DNA of 64,000 nt from Alphaproteobacteria bacterium (lineage in GTDB: Bacteria; Pseudomonadota; Alphaproteobacteria; JAAXGF01). The position numbers and the translations under genes were made by a program. How positions within the stretch are numbered: the stretch's first letter is position 1; the number at the start of each line of letters is the position of its first letter. The notes beneath the pieces are model-generated. The model did no database searches and had not been told where the DNA came from. It saw only the letters and a list, made by a program, of their open reading frames with translations. This document shows positions 9,957-20,964 of this stretch, in pieces. The stretch spans positions 1,184,001 through 1,248,000 of the forward strand of contig CAUVXB020000002.1 of NCBI GenBank assembly GCA_963555825.3. The letters are read 5' to 3'.

Positions 9957-11115
9957 AGAAGATGTCCTCGACCAGCGTCACCCAATAGCGCGCGCCGATC
10001 GGCAGGATGTCGTCGTTGAAGTCGTAATGCGGGTTGTGGCACTCGACCGCGTGATCGCCCTCGCCGTTGCCGATGAACAGATAACAGCCGGGCCGCTCAA
10101 GCAGCATGAACGAGAAGTCCTCGCTCGCCATCATCGGCAGTCCACCGGCGCCGACGTTCTCGGCCCCGACGGTGCGAATCGCGGCCTGGCGCGCGATCTC
10201 GGTCTCGGCCGCATGGTTGATGGTCGGCGGATAACCACGCTCGTATTCGACCTCGGCGGTCGCGCCGTGTGCCTGGGCGACGCCCTCGGCGATGCGCCGG
10301 ATCGAGCCTTCGATCTCGTCCTGCAGCTCGACCGTGAAGGCGCGCGCGCTGCCGACCATCTCGGCGGTCTCGGGGATCACGTTGCCGGCATTGCCGGCGC
10401 GCAGCACGGTGGTGCTGACGACGACTGAGCAGAGCGGGTCGACGCGCCTCGCGGCGATGGTCTGCAGCGCGACGATGATCTCGCTCGCGATATAGACCGG
10501 GTCGACCGCGTAATGCGGGTACGCGGCGTGGCCGCCGACGCCGGTGATCTTGACGCGGTATTCGTCGGCCGCCGCCATGACCGGCCCCGCGGCGACCGAG
10601 AAGTGGCCGGCCGGCAGGCCCGGCATATTGTGCATGCCCCAGACGCTCTCGACCGGGAACTTTTCGAACAGGCCGTCCTCGATCATGTATTTGGCGCCGC
10701 CGTACATCTCCTCGGCGGGCTGGAAGATGAAGTGGATGGTGCCGTTGAAGTCGCGGTTCCGGGCCAAGTAGCGCGCCGCGCCGAGCAGCATGGTGGTGTG
10801 GCCGTCGTGGCCGCAGGCATGCATCTTGCCGTCGTGCTGCGAACGGTGGTCGAAGGTGTTGAGCTCATCGACGGGCAGCGCGTCCATGTCGGCGCGCAGC
10901 CCGATGGCGCGGTTCGAATCGCCGGCGCGCAGCGTGCCGACGACGCCGGTCTTGCCCAGGCCGCGATCGACATCGAGGCCCCAACTCGCGAGCTTCGCGG
11001 CGACGATGTCGGCGGTGCGCACCTCCTCGAAGGCGATCTCAGGGTGGCGGTGTATGTCGTGCCGAATTTCGATCAGCTCGTCATGAAGCTCGGCGATTCG
11101 ATGCTCGGTCGACAT
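9946..11115 (-). CDS. M20D amidohydrolase (hippurate hydrolase-like)
   Basis: HPEIAFEE, LRADMDALP, MHACGHDGHT, FQPAEE, SEDFS, HNPHYDFND. Confidence 0.92.
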   Translation of the reverse strand: MSTEHRIAELHDELIEIRHDIHRHPEIAFEEVRTADIVAAKLASWGLDVDRGLGKTGVVGTLRAGDSNRAIGLRADMDALPVDELNTFDHRSQHDGKMHACGHDGHTTMLLGAARYLARNRDFNGTIHFIFQPAEEMYGGAKYMIEDGLFEKFPVESVWGMHNMPGLPAGHFSVAAGPVMAAADEYRVKITGVGGHAAYPHYAVDPVYIASEIIVALQTIAARRVDPLCSVVVSTTVLRAGNAGNVIPETAEMVGSARAFTVELQDEIEGSIRRIAEGVAQAHGATAEVEYERGYPPTINHAAETEIARQAAIRTVGAENVGAGGLPMMASEDFSFMLLERPGCYLFIGNGEGDHAVECHNPHYDFNDDILPIGARYWVTLVEDIFCAA

Positions 11116-11221
11116 GGCTGCCCTCGCTATCCCTGAAATCCGACGCATTTCACAGGAATGTAGCGCAAAGCCGCGCGACCGCCCGAAGTTTGTTGGTTGT
11201 TGTCGACGTTCTCGTCGAATT

Positions 11222-11236
11222 GTTCTTGTAATGTTC
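11222..11236 (+). promoter_or_regulatory. Alphaproteobacterial LexA (SOS) box
   Basis: GTTC-TTGTAAT-GTTC = GTTC-N7-GTTC consensus, 24 bp upstream of the radical SAM repair gene. Confidence 0.75.
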
Positions 11237-11260
11237 GCATTGCCAACCTATAACGATGCC

Positions 11261-12340
11261 ATGCAGACGGCGACCCCCCGCCTCTACCGCAAGGGCCGCG
11301 GCGCGGTAAGCAACGCCGACGGGCGTTTCGAGCCGACGACGCGCATCGCGCTCGACGACGGCTGGGGCGGGCTCGACGCCGAGCCGGCGCCGCTGCGCAC
11401 TACTGTCCAGCACGACCGGACCAAGAGCGTGATCACACGCAATGCGTCGCCCGACGTGCCCTTCGATCGCTCGATCAACCCCTACCGCGGCTGCGAGCAC
11501 GGCTGCGTCTACTGCTTCGCGCGGCCGACCCACGCCTTCCTCGGCCTGTCGCCCGGCCAGGACTTCGAAACGCGGCTGTTCGACAAGCCCGACGCGCCCG
11601 CGCTGCTGGCCGATGAACTGCGCCGGCCGAACTACCGCTGCGCGGTCATCGCGCTCGGCACCAGCACCGATCCGTACCAGCCGATCGAGCGCGAGCGGCG
11701 CATCACGCGCGGCATCCTCGAGGTCCTTGCGGCGTTCAACCACCCGGTCGGCATCGTCACCAAGGGCGCCATGGTGACGCGCGACATCGACATCCTGGCG
11801 CCGATGGCGGCCAAGGGGCTGGCCAAGGTCTATGTCTCGGTGACGACGCTCGACCGTGGCCTCGCCCGCCGCCTCGAGCCGCGTGCATCGACGCCAACGC
11901 GGCGTCTCGAGGCGGTGCGCGAACTCGCCGCGGCGGGTATCCCGACGGGCGTGCTGGTGGCGCCGATCATCCCGGCGATCAACGACGGCGAGATCGAGGC
12001 GATCCTCGATGCCGCGCGCGACGCCGGCGCGTCGTCGGCGAGCTACGTGCTGCTCCGGCTGCCTTACGAGATCAAGGACCTGTTCACCGAATGGCTCGCG
12101 GTCCACGCGCCGCTCAAGGCCGACCACGTCATGAGCCTGGTGCGGCAGTCGCGCGGCGGCCGCGCCTACGACGCGACCTGGGGACGGCGCATGAAGGGCA
12201 CCGGACCTTACGCCGAGATGATCGGCCAGCGATTCCGCCTGGCCTGCCGCCAGCGCGGCCTGGGCGCACGCGACACCACGCTCGACACCACGCTGTTCCG
12301 CCCGCCGCCCCGCGCCGGCGACCAGCTTTCGCTGCTCTAA
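11261..12340 (+). CDS. PA0069/Rv2578c-family radical SAM protein (SplB-like, putative DNA repair)
   Basis: RGAVSN..GRF, SINPYRGCEHGCVYCFARPTH (CxxxCxxC), TDPYQPIE, C-terminal QLSL. Confidence 0.92.
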   Translation: MQTATPRLYRKGRGAVSNADGRFEPTTRIALDDGWGGLDAEPAPLRTTVQHDRTKSVITRNASPDVPFDRSINPYRGCEHGCVYCFARPTHAFLGLSPGQDFETRLFDKPDAPALLADELRRPNYRCAVIALGTSTDPYQPIERERRITRGILEVLAAFNHPVGIVTKGAMVTRDIDILAPMAAKGLAKVYVSVTTLDRGLARRLEPRASTPTRRLEAVRELAAAGIPTGVLVAPIIPAINDGEIEAILDAARDAGASSASYVLLRLPYEIKDLFTEWLAVHAPLKADHVMSLVRQSRGGRAYDATWGRRMKGTGPYAEMIGQRFRLACRQRGLGARDTTLDTTLFRPPPRAGDQLSLL

Positions 12341-12476
12341 CACGTTGTCTGATCGGTCAGCATCTGTCGGATTCTACCAGCCCGCGACCGCGGGCCGCCG
12401 ATCGTTCGGCGGAAGCATGCGCGGCGATTGAGCGCAGGTCACCTTTACTGGCAAAGGTGACCGCACATAGAACTAG
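12337..12476 (+). repeat. Structured intergenic repeat family 1, copy B
   Basis: CTAAC...CTACCAGCCCGCGACCGCGGGCCGCCGATCGTTCGGCGG...GCGCGGCGATTGAGCGCAGGTCACCTTT..AAAGGTGACCGCAC..ACTAG. Confidence 0.9.
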
Positions 12477-12530
12477 TCACCGCTTAGGCTAGGCCGCGCG
12501 GGGCTCCGCCGTGCTACACTCGGCGGCGTC

Positions 12531-14000
12531 ATGGAGGTCCATCACTCACTCACCTTTATCGCGCTGGTCGCGGTCGCCGCGTTGATCTGCGGGCTGGTCA
12601 TGGCGCGTCTCAAGCAACCGGCGATCGTCGGCTACATCCTGGCCGGCGTGCTGCTGGGCCCGTCCGGCCTCGCCCTGGTCGAGGACCGCGAGCAGATCAA
12701 CGAGCTCGCCGAGCTCGGCGTCCTGATGCTGGTCTTCCTGATCGGCATGGAGCTATCCCTGCGCGCCTTCATCACGGTGCTGCGCATCGCGCTCTTGGGC
12801 ACGCTGCTGCAGATCGCCATCTCGCTGGCGGTCACGCTGGCGCTGTCCCAGCTGCTCGGCTGGCCGATCGGGCTCGCCGTGCTGCTCGGTTTCGTCATCG
12901 CGCTGTCGTCGACCGCGGTCGCGATCAAGATGCTCGAGGACATCGACGAGCTGCGCAGCGATATCGGGCGGCGCTCCGTCGGCATCCTGATCGCCCAGGA
13001 CCTCGCGGTGGTGCCGATGATGCTGACGCTCAACGGCATGGCCAGCGAAGGCGGCTTCGACGTCGTCGCCGTCGTCGTCATCGCGCTCGCCACCGGCTTC
13101 CTGGCGCTGTTCGTCTGGTATTTGAGCCGGCGTCAGCGCATCCGCCTGCCGATGAGCCGCTGGGTCGTCGGAGATCACGACCTGACGCCGCTCGCCGCGC
13201 TCGCCTATTGCTTCGCCGCGGCGGCGATCTCGGGCTTGCTCGGCCTGTCGGCGGCCTATGGCGCGTTCCTCGCCGGCCTGCTGGTCGGCGCCAGCACCGA
13301 CCGCGCCACGATGATGCGCGCGACGCACCCGATCCAGGCGGTGCTGCTGATGATCTTCTTCCTCTCGATCGGCCTGTTGATCGACCTCAACTATATTTGG
13401 CAGAACCTGGCGAGCGTGCTTGTGCTGTTGCTCATCGTCACGGTCGGCAAGACAGTGTTGAACGTCGGCATCCTACGCTTGCTCGGCGAGCCCTGGCCGC
13501 GCGCCTTCCTGAGCGGCGTGATCCTCGGCCAGATCGGCGAGTTCTCCTTCGTCATCGCCGCGCTCGGCCTGTCGAACGGGCTGATCAGCGTCGCCGACCA
13601 TCGGCTCGTCGTCTCGGTCATCGCGCTCAGCCTGATGATCAGCCCGCTGTGGCTCGACGTCGCGCGCCGCCTGGATGAGTTCGCCACGGCCGGCATTCCG
13701 ACGCTCAAGGAGTTGCTCGGCAAGCTCTACCCGCGCGAGACCGCGGCCGTGAAGCAGACCACCGACGTCGCGGTCCAGCGCACCCAGGAGATGGTGATCT
13801 CGATCGAACGCCGCTCGCGCGGCCGGCTGCCCGGCTGGCTGGCGCGCCTGATGCGCCGTTTCACCCGGCGCCCGGCCGACGACCCCGACGCCGCCTTCGA
13901 GGACGACGCCGACGGCGAGGAAAGCGCCGGCAAGACGCCGCGCGCGATCGTCGCGCCGGACGACGATGAGACGACAAAGGCTTCCGGCGACACCGCCTGA
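12531..14000 (+). CDS. CPA2 cation:proton antiporter (KefB/C-like membrane domain)
   Basis: Multiple TM segments; [34 protein letters not shown]. Confidence 0.9.
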   Translation: MEVHHSLTFIALVAVAALICGLVMARLKQPAIVGYILAGVLLGPSGLALVEDREQINELAELGVLMLVFLIGMELSLRAFITVLRIALLGTLLQIAISLAVTLALSQLLGWPIGLAVLLGFVIALSSTAVAIKMLEDIDELRSDIGRRSVGILIAQDLAVVPMMLTLNGMASEGGFDVVAVVVIALATGFLALFVWYLSRRQRIRLPMSRWVVGDHDLTPLAALAYCFAAAAISGLLGLSAAYGAFLAGLLVGASTDRATMMRATHPIQAVLLMIFFLSIGLLIDLNYIWQNLASVLVLLLIVTVGKTVLNVGILRLLGEPWPRAFLSGVILGQIGEFSFVIAALGLSNGLISVADHRLVVSVIALSLMISPLWLDVARRLDEFATAGIPTLKELLGKLYPRETAAVKQTTDVAVQRTQEMVISIERRSRGRLPGWLARLMRRFTRRPADDPDAAFEDDADGEESAGKTPRAIVAPDDDETTKASGDTA

Positions 14001-14589
14001 CTTCGCGCTCGAGAGCGCGCTCGACGGCCCGGTCGCGGGCGTCGACGAGGCCGGCCGCGGCCCCTGGGCCGGCCCCGTGGTCGCTGGCGCGGCGATCCTG
14101 GATCCGGCCGATGCGCCCGAAGGCATCGCCGATTCCAAGATGCTGAGCCGGGCGCGGCGCGAAGCGCTCTACGACGCGCTCGCCGGCTGCGCGCGGCTCG
14201 GCGTCGGCGTCGCCAGCGTCGCCGAGATCGACCGGCTCAACATTCTCGCCGCGACGATGCTCGCGATGCGCCGCGCAGTCGACGATCTGGGCGTTGTGCC
14301 CGGCCATGTGCTGGTCGACGGCAACCGCCTACCAGAGCTGCCCTGCCCGGCCACCGCGGTGGTGCGCGGCGACGCGCGCTGCGTCTCGATCGCCGCCGCC
14401 TCGATCGTCGCCAAGGTGACGCGCGACCGCATCATGGCCGACCTGGCGCGCGCCCATCCGGGCTTCGGCTGGGAGCGCAACGCCGGCTACGGCACCGCCG
14501 AACACCGTGCCGCGCTCGATGCGTTGGGCGTCACGCCGCACCACCGGCGCAGCTTCGCACCGGTCGCCGCCCGGCGTAGCGAGACTTAA
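13966..14589 (+). CDS. rnhB: Ribonuclease HII
   Basis: [48 protein letters not shown]. Confidence 0.95.
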   Translation: MRRQRLPATPPDFALESALDGPVAGVDEAGRGPWAGPVVAGAAILDPADAPEGIADSKMLSRARREALYDALAGCARLGVGVASVAEIDRLNILAATMLAMRRAVDDLGVVPGHVLVDGNRLPELPCPATAVVRGDARCVSIAAASIVAKVTRDRIMADLARAHPGFGWERNAGYGTAEHRAALDALGVTPHHRRSFAPVAARRSET

Positions 14590-15661
14590 GGTCTGCGGTC
14601 TCCGCCAGCGCGTGGCGCACCACCTTCTTCATCGCCGTCGGCAGGGCGTGATCGGCGAAACGGTCGGGTGGGCACCAAACGCCGGCGGGCGCGTCAGTCA
14701 CCCGGGCGGTCAGCAGCTCGAGCTCGAGACGGAAATGGGTGAAGCCGTGGTGGACGATTCCCGGAAGACGCCGCCAGCGCGCCTTGACCGGCGCATGGCC
14801 ACGCGCTTCGGCGACCGTCCAGGCGGCCTCGCGCCAGGGCGTCGAGGGCACCTCCATCATGCCGCCGAACAAGCCTTCGTCGGGGCGCCGGCGGAGCAGC
14901 ACGGCGCCGTCGTCGCGCACCGCCCAGAAGGCGACGCCGCGCCGCGTCGGCCGCGCCCGCTTAGGCGAGCGCCGCGGCAATTCGGCGGCGATGCCACGCC
15001 GCCGCGCAAGGCAGGCGCCCGACCAGGGACAGAGCGCGCAGGCCGGCGCGCGCGGCGTGCAGATCGTCGCGCCCAGATCCATCACCGCCTGGGCGTAGTC
15101 GCCGGGCCGCATTTGCGGTGTAAGACTTCGGGCCAATTGGCGCAGCTCGGCCTTGGCGCCGGGCAGCGGGTCGCGCACGCCGAACAGCCGCGCCATGACG
15201 CGCTCGACGTTGCCGTCGACCACCGTCGCCGGACGATCGAAGGCGATCGCGGCAATCGCCGCGGCGCTATAGGCGCCGATGCCGGGCAGCGCGCGCAGTC
15301 CCGACTCGTCACCGGGGAAGCCGCCGCGCGCGGCAACCGCGACGGCGCATTTGTGCAGGTTGCGCGCCCGCGCATAGTAACCGAGCCCCTGCCAGGCGTG
15401 CAGCACGTCGTCGAGCGACGCCCCCGCGAGGTCCTCGATGCGCGGCCAGCGCTCGAGGAAGGCGCGGAAATAGGGCGCGACGGTCGCCACCGTGGTCTGC
15501 TGCAGCATGATCTCGCTGAGCCAGACGCGGTACGGATCGGCGGTTGCGCCCGGCGGGCCGCGCCATGGCAGGCGGCGCGCGTGGCGGTCGTACCACGCGA
15601 GCAGCGCCGCGACGCTCGGGAAATCGCCCGCCGCCGTTTGGGACGTTGACTGAGGCGTCAT
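14531..15661 (-). CDS. mutY: A/G-specific adenine glycosylase
   Basis: [46 protein letters not shown]6-C-X2-C-X5-C Fe-S motif. Confidence 0.95.
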   Translation of the reverse strand: MTPQSTSQTAAGDFPSVAALLAWYDRHARRLPWRGPPGATADPYRVWLSEIMLQQTTVATVAPYFRAFLERWPRIEDLAGASLDDVLHAWQGLGYYARARNLHKCAVAVAARGGFPGDESGLRALPGIGAYSAAAIAAIAFDRPATVVDGNVERVMARLFGVRDPLPGAKAELRQLARSLTPQMRPGDYAQAVMDLGATICTPRAPACALCPWSGACLARRRGIAAELPRRSPKRARPTRRGVAFWAVRDDGAVLLRRRPDEGLFGGMMEVPSTPWREAAWTVAEARGHAPVKARWRRLPGIVHHGFTHFRLELELLTARVTDAPAGVWCPPDRFADHALPTAMKKVVRHALAETADLKSRYAGRRPVRSCAGGAA

Positions 15662-15733
15662 CGCGTGCCACCAAGTGAGACCCGTCGGCGCCAGTGTGCC
15701 ACAGACGCCGGCCGGCGGCACGCGAGAGGCGCG

Positions 15734-16246
15734 ATGACAGTGATCAAGCGCGGCGGTGGCCCACGCGGCCTCGCCGCCACCATGCCCAAGGTGACCAAGC
15801 CGCTGTTCCGCGCGCGCGGCTTCTACGAGGCGCGTGTCGTCACCGACTGGCCCGACATCGTCGGCGCGCCGCTCTGCGATCACTGCTGTCCGGAACGGCT
15901 CGGCCGCGACGGCGCGCTCCACGTCCGCGTCTCGGGCGGCTGGGCGCTCGAGCTCAAGCATCTCGAGCCGTTGGTCGTCGAGCGCATCGCCGGCTATTTC
16001 GGTTATCGCGCGGTCACCCGCCTGACGCTGATGCAGGGCCCGCTGCCAGCGCGCTCGAAACGGCGCATCCGGCGCATCCGCCCGCTCGACGACGACGGCG
16101 AACGGACGCTGGCCGATTGCCTCGCGGCAACCGACGACCCGGCGCTGCGCGCCTCGCTCGAACGGCTCGGACGGGCGATTCTCGGCGGCAGCGAGACGGT
16201 CGACGCGGCGGAGGGCGTCTCGCCACCGGCGAAAAACGGCGCTTGA
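15734..16246 (+). CDS. DUF721/DciA family protein
   Basis: W..IVG..L...C.P, L.V.V..A.EL.H, I..YFGY.AV..L...Q; usual position between mutY and dsbA-smc. Confidence 0.8.
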   Translation: MTVIKRGGGPRGLAATMPKVTKPLFRARGFYEARVVTDWPDIVGAPLCDHCCPERLGRDGALHVRVSGGWALELKHLEPLVVERIAGYFGYRAVTRLTLMQGPLPARSKRRIRRIRPLDDDGERTLADCLAATDDPALRASLERLGRAILGGSETVDAAEGVSPPAKNGA

Positions 16247-16318
16247 GCGAGGATTCGCGGGGACGTATACTCCCCGCACATGCAGTAACCAACACATCGA
16301 TTGTATACCAGTTCTAGT

Positions 16319-16969
16319 ATGTTAGAGAGTCGACAGCGAATCGCAGAAGGGCGCGCGTTCCGACGCAGGGACGCGCTTGTCGTTATCGGTGGCGCGGGGC
16401 TCGCGCTCGCCGCGCCCGCGTTCGCGCACCACAGCGCCGGCGGCGGGGACGATTCCGAGATGGTCATGGGCGCGGCCGACGCGCCGGTCACGATCATCGA
16501 GTATTCGTCGCTGACCTGCCCGCACTGCGCCACGTTCCACGGCGAGACGCTGCCGCTGATCAAGGCCAATTACATCGACGCCGGCAAGGCGCGCTTGGTG
16601 TTCCGCGACTTTCCATTCGACCGTCAGGCGCTGCTCGCCGCGGCGCTCGCGCGCTGTGCGGGCGAGGCGCGCTTCTTCGGCTTCGTCGACGTCCTGTTCC
16701 GCACCCAGAAGACCTGGGCGCGCGCGGCGGACCCGGAAGCGGCGCTCGGTCGCATCGCCCGCCTGGCCGGCCTCAAGGAGGACGAAATCACCGCCTGCCT
16801 CGCCGACCAGACGCTGCTCGACAGCATCATGCAGTCGCGGCTCAAAGGCAGCCAGGAGTTCGAGATCAAGTCGACGCCGACCTTCATCATCAACGGTGAG
16901 AAGGTCGTCGGCGCCCAGCCGTACGAGCAGTTCGAAGAAATCATCGAGCGTCTGTTGTCGCAATCATAG
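16319..16969 (+). CDS. DsbA-family thioredoxin-fold protein
   Basis: RR-type signal, GAADAPVTIIEYSSLTCPHCA, RDFP, TPTF; start uncertain. Confidence 0.88.
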   Translation: MLESRQRIAEGRAFRRRDALVVIGGAGLALAAPAFAHHSAGGGDDSEMVMGAADAPVTIIEYSSLTCPHCATFHGETLPLIKANYIDAGKARLVFRDFPFDRQALLAAALARCAGEARFFGFVDVLFRTQKTWARAADPEAALGRIARLAGLKEDEITACLADQTLLDSIMQSRLKGSQEFEIKSTPTFIINGEKVVGAQPYEQFEEIIERLLSQS

Positions 16970-16984
16970 TTTGAGTTTGTACGC

Positions 16985-19900
16985 GTGCATTTTTCGCGCC
17001 TTCGCCTGACCGGGTTCAAATCGTTTGTGGACCCAACCGACCTGCAGATCGAGCCGGGTCTCACCGCTATTGTCGGCCCCAACGGCTGTGGCAAGTCCAA
17101 CCTCGTCGAAGCGCTGCGCTGGGTGATGGGCGAAAATTCGGCGCGCCAGATGCGTGGCCGCGAGATGGACGACGTGATCTTCGGCGGCAGCGCCAACCGG
17201 CCCGGCCGCAACTCGGCCGAAGTCGCCATCCTGCTCGACAACGCCGCGCGCACCGCGCCGCAGGCCTACAACGACCAGAGCGAGATCGAGGTGTCGCGCC
17301 GAATCGACCGCGGCGAGGGCTCGACCTATCGCATCAACGGCAGCGAGACCCGCGCACGCGACGTCCAGCTGCTGTTCGCCGACGAGGTCACCGGCGCGCG
17401 CTCGACCGCATTGGTCAGCCAGGGCGAGATCGGCGCCCTGATCGCCGCCAAGCCGGCGCAGCGCCGCAGGCTCTTGGACGAGGCCGCCGGCATTACCGGG
17501 CTGCACAGCCGCCGCCACGAGGCCGAGTTGCGCCTGCGTGCGGCCGAGGGCAACCTGGAGCGACTCGACGACGTCATGGGCGGGCTCGACGCGCAATACG
17601 ACGGGCTCAAGCGACAGGCGCGCCAGGCCAACCGCTATCGGCGGCTGAACGAACGCATCCGCGAGACCGAGGCTCTCTTGCTCTATCGCCGCTGGCGCGC
17701 CGCCGGCGAGGCGCTGGCCGCCGCCGAACGCGGGCTCGCCGAGATCGAGCAGACCGTCGCCGACGTTCAGGGCGCCGCCGCCGCCGCCGCCACCGCGCAG
17801 GCCGAGGCCGCCGCCGCCATGCCGCCGCTGCGCGAGGCCGAATCGGAAGCGCGCGCGCGGCTGCACCGGCTCGAGGTCGCCCAGGTCGAGCTCGAGGCCG
17901 AGGAACGCCGCCTGGCCGACGCACGCCAGGCGCTCGAGACGCGGCTTGCCCAGATCGACGCCGACGTCGAGCGCGAGACCGCACTGGCCGGCGACGCCGA
18001 GGCCGCGGTCGGGCGCCTCGAGGAGGAACGCACCGCGCTGACCGCCAAGCAGGCCAGCGAGGAAGCCGCCGAGGCGGGCGCCGCAACGGACCGCGACGCG
18101 GCCGCCGAGGCGGTCGCCGAGATCGAGCGCCGCGTCGACGGGTTGGCGACCCGGCTGGCCGGCCAGGAAGCGCGGCGCGGCGCGCTGATGCGTCAGATCG
18201 AGGCCGCCGAAGCGCGCATCGAACACCTGCGCAGACAGGCCGCCGAGGTCGAACGCGAGATCGCCGCCGCCGAGGACGAGACCGCTAACGCCGTGGCGCT
18301 GGCCGACGCCGAAACGGCGCTCGCGACGGCGCGCGACGGCGTCGCCGCCAAGCGCATCGCCGTCGAGGCGGCCGAAGCCGCGCGTAGCGCGGCGCAGACC
18401 AACCTGGCGGCCGTCGGCGAGACACTGCAGGCGGCCGAGGCGGCGTACGCCGCGGCGCGCGCCGAAGAGGCCGCGCTCGCCCGCTCGCTGGGCGCCGGGA
18501 TCGCCGGCGGCTGGTCCGCGCTGATCGACGATATCGAGGTCGAGGCCGGGCTCGAGACCGCGCTCGGCGTCGCGCTCGGCGACGACCTTCTGGCGTCGAC
18601 CGACGCGGCGGCGCCGGTACATTGGCAAACACCCGCCGCCGACGCCAAGGCGCCGGCGCTGCCCAAGGGCGCGACGCCGCTCGGCGACATCGTCAAGGCG
18701 CCGGCGGCGCTGGCGCGGCGCCTGGCGCAGATCGGCGTCGTCGACGCCGACGACGGGCCGCGGCTCCGGAAGAAACTCGCCCAGGGCCAGCGCCTGGTCA
18801 GCCGCGACGGCGCCTTGTGGCGCTGGGACGGCCTGACCGTGGCGAGCGAGGCAGGCAGCCCGGCGGCCGAGCGGCTCAGCAACCGCAACCGGCTCGCCGA
18901 CGCCCGCGCGACGCTCGCCGATTGCGAGACGCGGCGCGACGAGGCGCGGCGCGAGCACGAGGCGGCGCGCGACGCCAACGCACAATCGGCCGCCGACGAG
19001 GCCGCCGCGCGCGGCGTGCTGCGCCGCGCCGAGGACGCCTTGGAAGCAGCGCGCGAGACCCGCGCCGGGCTGACCGCCGCCGCCGCCGCGCAAACGACGC
19101 GGCGCGCCAACCTGGAAGAGGCCCGGACGCGGCTGGCGGGCGAAATCGCCGAGGCCGCCAAGCTACGCGACGACGCCAAGGCCGATCTCGACGCCATGGT
19201 CCCCGACGTCGATGGTCGCGCCGATCTCGATGCGCAGCGCGCCGAGCTGGCCGCGCGACGCGCGCGCCTCACCGAGCGCGACGGCGCCTACAACCGTCTG
19301 CACGGCCAGTCCGAGGTCCGGCGCGAGCGGTTGTGGGCGATCGCCGACGAACTGCCGTCGTGGCAGGGCCGCGCCGAGGGCGCCAAGGCGCGTCTCGAAC
19401 AACTCGCCGAACGGCGCGCCGGGGCGACCACCGAGCTCGAGGCGCTGGCCGACCGGCCGGCGGCGATCGCCGAGCAGCGCGCGGCGTTGTTCGAGCGCCT
19501 GGCTGTCGCCCAGAGCGAACGAAAGACCGCGGCCGACGCGGTCGCCGAGGCCGAAACCCGGCTCGCCGCCTGCGACCGCCGCCTCAAGGAGACCGAGGCC
19601 GCGGTCGGCGAGACGCGCGAGGAGCGCGGCCGCCGCGAGGGCGCCCTGCGCCAGGGCGACGCGACGCGCGACGAGATCGTCCGCACGATCAGCGAGCGCC
19701 TGAACTGCGCGCCGACCGACCTCGCCGGGCTCGCCGGCATCGAGCAAGACGCCGAACTGCCCGACGCCGAGCAGATCGACGCACAGCTCGCGCGGTTCGT
19801 CAGACAGCGCGATGCGATCGGGCCGGTCAACCTGCGCGCCGAGGTCGAAGCCGACGACGTCGAGCAGCGGCTCGGCGAATTGCGCAACGAGCGCGCTGAC

Positions 19901-20458
19901 CTGGAGGCCGCGATCATCAAGCTGCGCCAGGCGATCTCGCGGCTCAACCGCGAGGGCCGCGAGCGGCTCGAGACCGCGTTCACGGCGATCGACGCGCATT
20001 TCAGCAAACTGTTCACCGGTCTGTTCGGCGGCGGCCGCGCCCATCTCGCGCTGGTCGATTCCGACGACCCGCTCGAGGCCGGCCTGGAGATCATGGCGAG
20101 CCCGCCGGGCAAGCGCCTGCAGACGCTCTCGCTCTTGTCCGGCGGCGAGCAGGCGCTGACCGCGCTCGCGCTGCTGTTCGCCGTCTTCCTGACCAATCCG
20201 GCGCCGATCTGCGTGCTCGACGAGGTCGACGCCCCGCTCGACGATGCGAACGTCGGGCGGTTCTGCGACCTGGTCGACGAGATCGCGCGCAACTCTGCGA
20301 CCCGCTTCCTGATCATCACCCACCACCACATCACCATGGCGCGCATGGACCGGCTGTTCGGCGTGACCATGAGCGAACGCGGCGTTTCGCAGCTGGTCTC
20401 GGTCGACCTGCGCACCGCCGAGGCGCTGAGAGTCGCCGAAGCAGCCGCCGGCGACTGA
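16985..20458 (+). CDS. smc: Chromosome segregation protein SMC
   Basis: GFKSF, GPNGCGKSN Walker A, long coiled coils, hinge, LSGGEQ, LDEVDAPLD. Confidence 0.95.
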   Translation: MHFSRLRLTGFKSFVDPTDLQIEPGLTAIVGPNGCGKSNLVEALRWVMGENSARQMRGREMDDVIFGGSANRPGRNSAEVAILLDNAARTAPQAYNDQSEIEVSRRIDRGEGSTYRINGSETRARDVQLLFADEVTGARSTALVSQGEIGALIAAKPAQRRRLLDEAAGITGLHSRRHEAELRLRAAEGNLERLDDVMGGLDAQYDGLKRQARQANRYRRLNERIRETEALLLYRRWRAAGEALAAAERGLAEIEQTVADVQGAAAAAATAQAEAAAAMPPLREAESEARARLHRLEVAQVELEAEERRLADARQALETRLAQIDADVERETALAGDAEAAVGRLEEERTALTAKQASEEAAEAGAATDRDAAAEAVAEIERRVDGLATRLAGQEARRGALMRQIEAAEARIEHLRRQAAEVEREIAAAEDETANAVALADAETALATARDGVAAKRIAVEAAEAARSAAQTNLAAVGETLQAAEAAYAAARAEEAALARSLGAGIAGGWSALIDDIEVEAGLETALGVALGDDLLASTDAAAPVHWQTPAADAKAPALPKGATPLGDIVKAPAALARRLAQIGVVDADDGPRLRKKLAQGQRLVSRDGALWRWDGLTVASEAGSPAAERLSNRNRLADARATLADCETRRDEARREHEAARDANAQSAADEAAARGVLRRAEDALEAARETRAGLTAAAAAQTTRRANLEEARTRLAGEIAEAAKLRDDAKADLDAMVPDVDGRADLDAQRAELAARRARLTERDGAYNRLHGQSEVRRERLWAIADELPSWQGRAEGAKARLEQLAERRAGATTELEALADRPAAIAEQRAALFERLAVAQSERKTAADAVAEAETRLAACDRRLKETEAAVGETREERGRREGALRQGDATRDEIVRTISERLNCAPTDLAGLAGIEQDAELPDAEQIDAQLARFVRQRDAIGPVNLRAEVEADDVEQRLGELRNERADLEAAIIKLRQAISRLNREGRERLETAFTAIDAHFSKLFTGLFGGGRAHLALVDSDDPLEAGLEIMASPPGKRLQTLSLLSGGEQALTALALLFAVFLTNPAPICVLDEVDAPLDDANVGRFCDLVDEIARNSATRFLIITHHHITMARMDRLFGVTMSERGVSQLVSVDLRTAEALRVAEAAAGD

Positions 20459-20504
20459 CCGATAAGTCTTTAATATCAGCTACTTGTGCTGCATCGCATC
20501 GCCC

Positions 20505-20533
20505 TTGACAGGGCCCGTGGCGACACCTAAAGT
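20505..20533 (+). promoter_or_regulatory. Sigma70-type promoter of the atp F0 operon
   Basis: TTGACA-N17-TAAAGT. Confidence 0.6.
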
Positions 20534-20598
20534 GCGCCCGCCTTGGGGCACGTTTCCGATGCTTTCGGGAGCGGCCGCGATCACAGGATCGGTCGTCA

Positions 20599-20946
20599 TT
20601 GAGCGAGCACAAGCCTCCGCCGTCGCTCGAGGATCTCGAGACCCGGCTCGACCGCGCGCGTGACGCGCAAGCGGACCGCGCCGGCCGGGGTTCGGACGGC
20701 AAGGGGATGGGTGCGGTGGGCATCGCCGTGCAGATGTCGATCGAGGTGGTGGCGCCCTTGGGTTTCGGTGTCTTCATCGGCTGGCTGATCGATGACTGGC
20801 TGGTGACAGCACCGTTATTTTTGGTTATTTTCTTTTTTCTCGGTGCCGCAGCCGGGGGGCTCAATGTCTATCGCAGGGCGGGGCAACTGCTCGGCGCGGA
20901 CGCGGAAGAGCCCGGCGGGGACAACGAAGCTGGGCGGGAAGATTAA
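20599..20946 (+). CDS. AtpZ/AtpI family protein
   Basis: Two TM helices, G..IGW.ID.W...P.F, first gene of F0 operon; TTG start. Confidence 0.85.
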   Translation: MSEHKPPPSLEDLETRLDRARDAQADRAGRGSDGKGMGAVGIAVQMSIEVVAPLGFGVFIGWLIDDWLVTAPLFLVIFFFLGAAAGGLNVYRRAGQLLGADAEEPGGDNEAGRED

Positions 20947-20964
20947 GGGGCGACGGGGGACGCA

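Noticed and set aside
12415-12470. Recurrent peptide ACAAIERRS in several ORF-track entries
   Set aside because: Just the translation of repeat family 1; no consistent start, and indels between copies break the frame
14531-14589. Convergent overlap of rnhB and mutY 3' ends
   Set aside because: Short tail overlaps are common in GC-rich genomes
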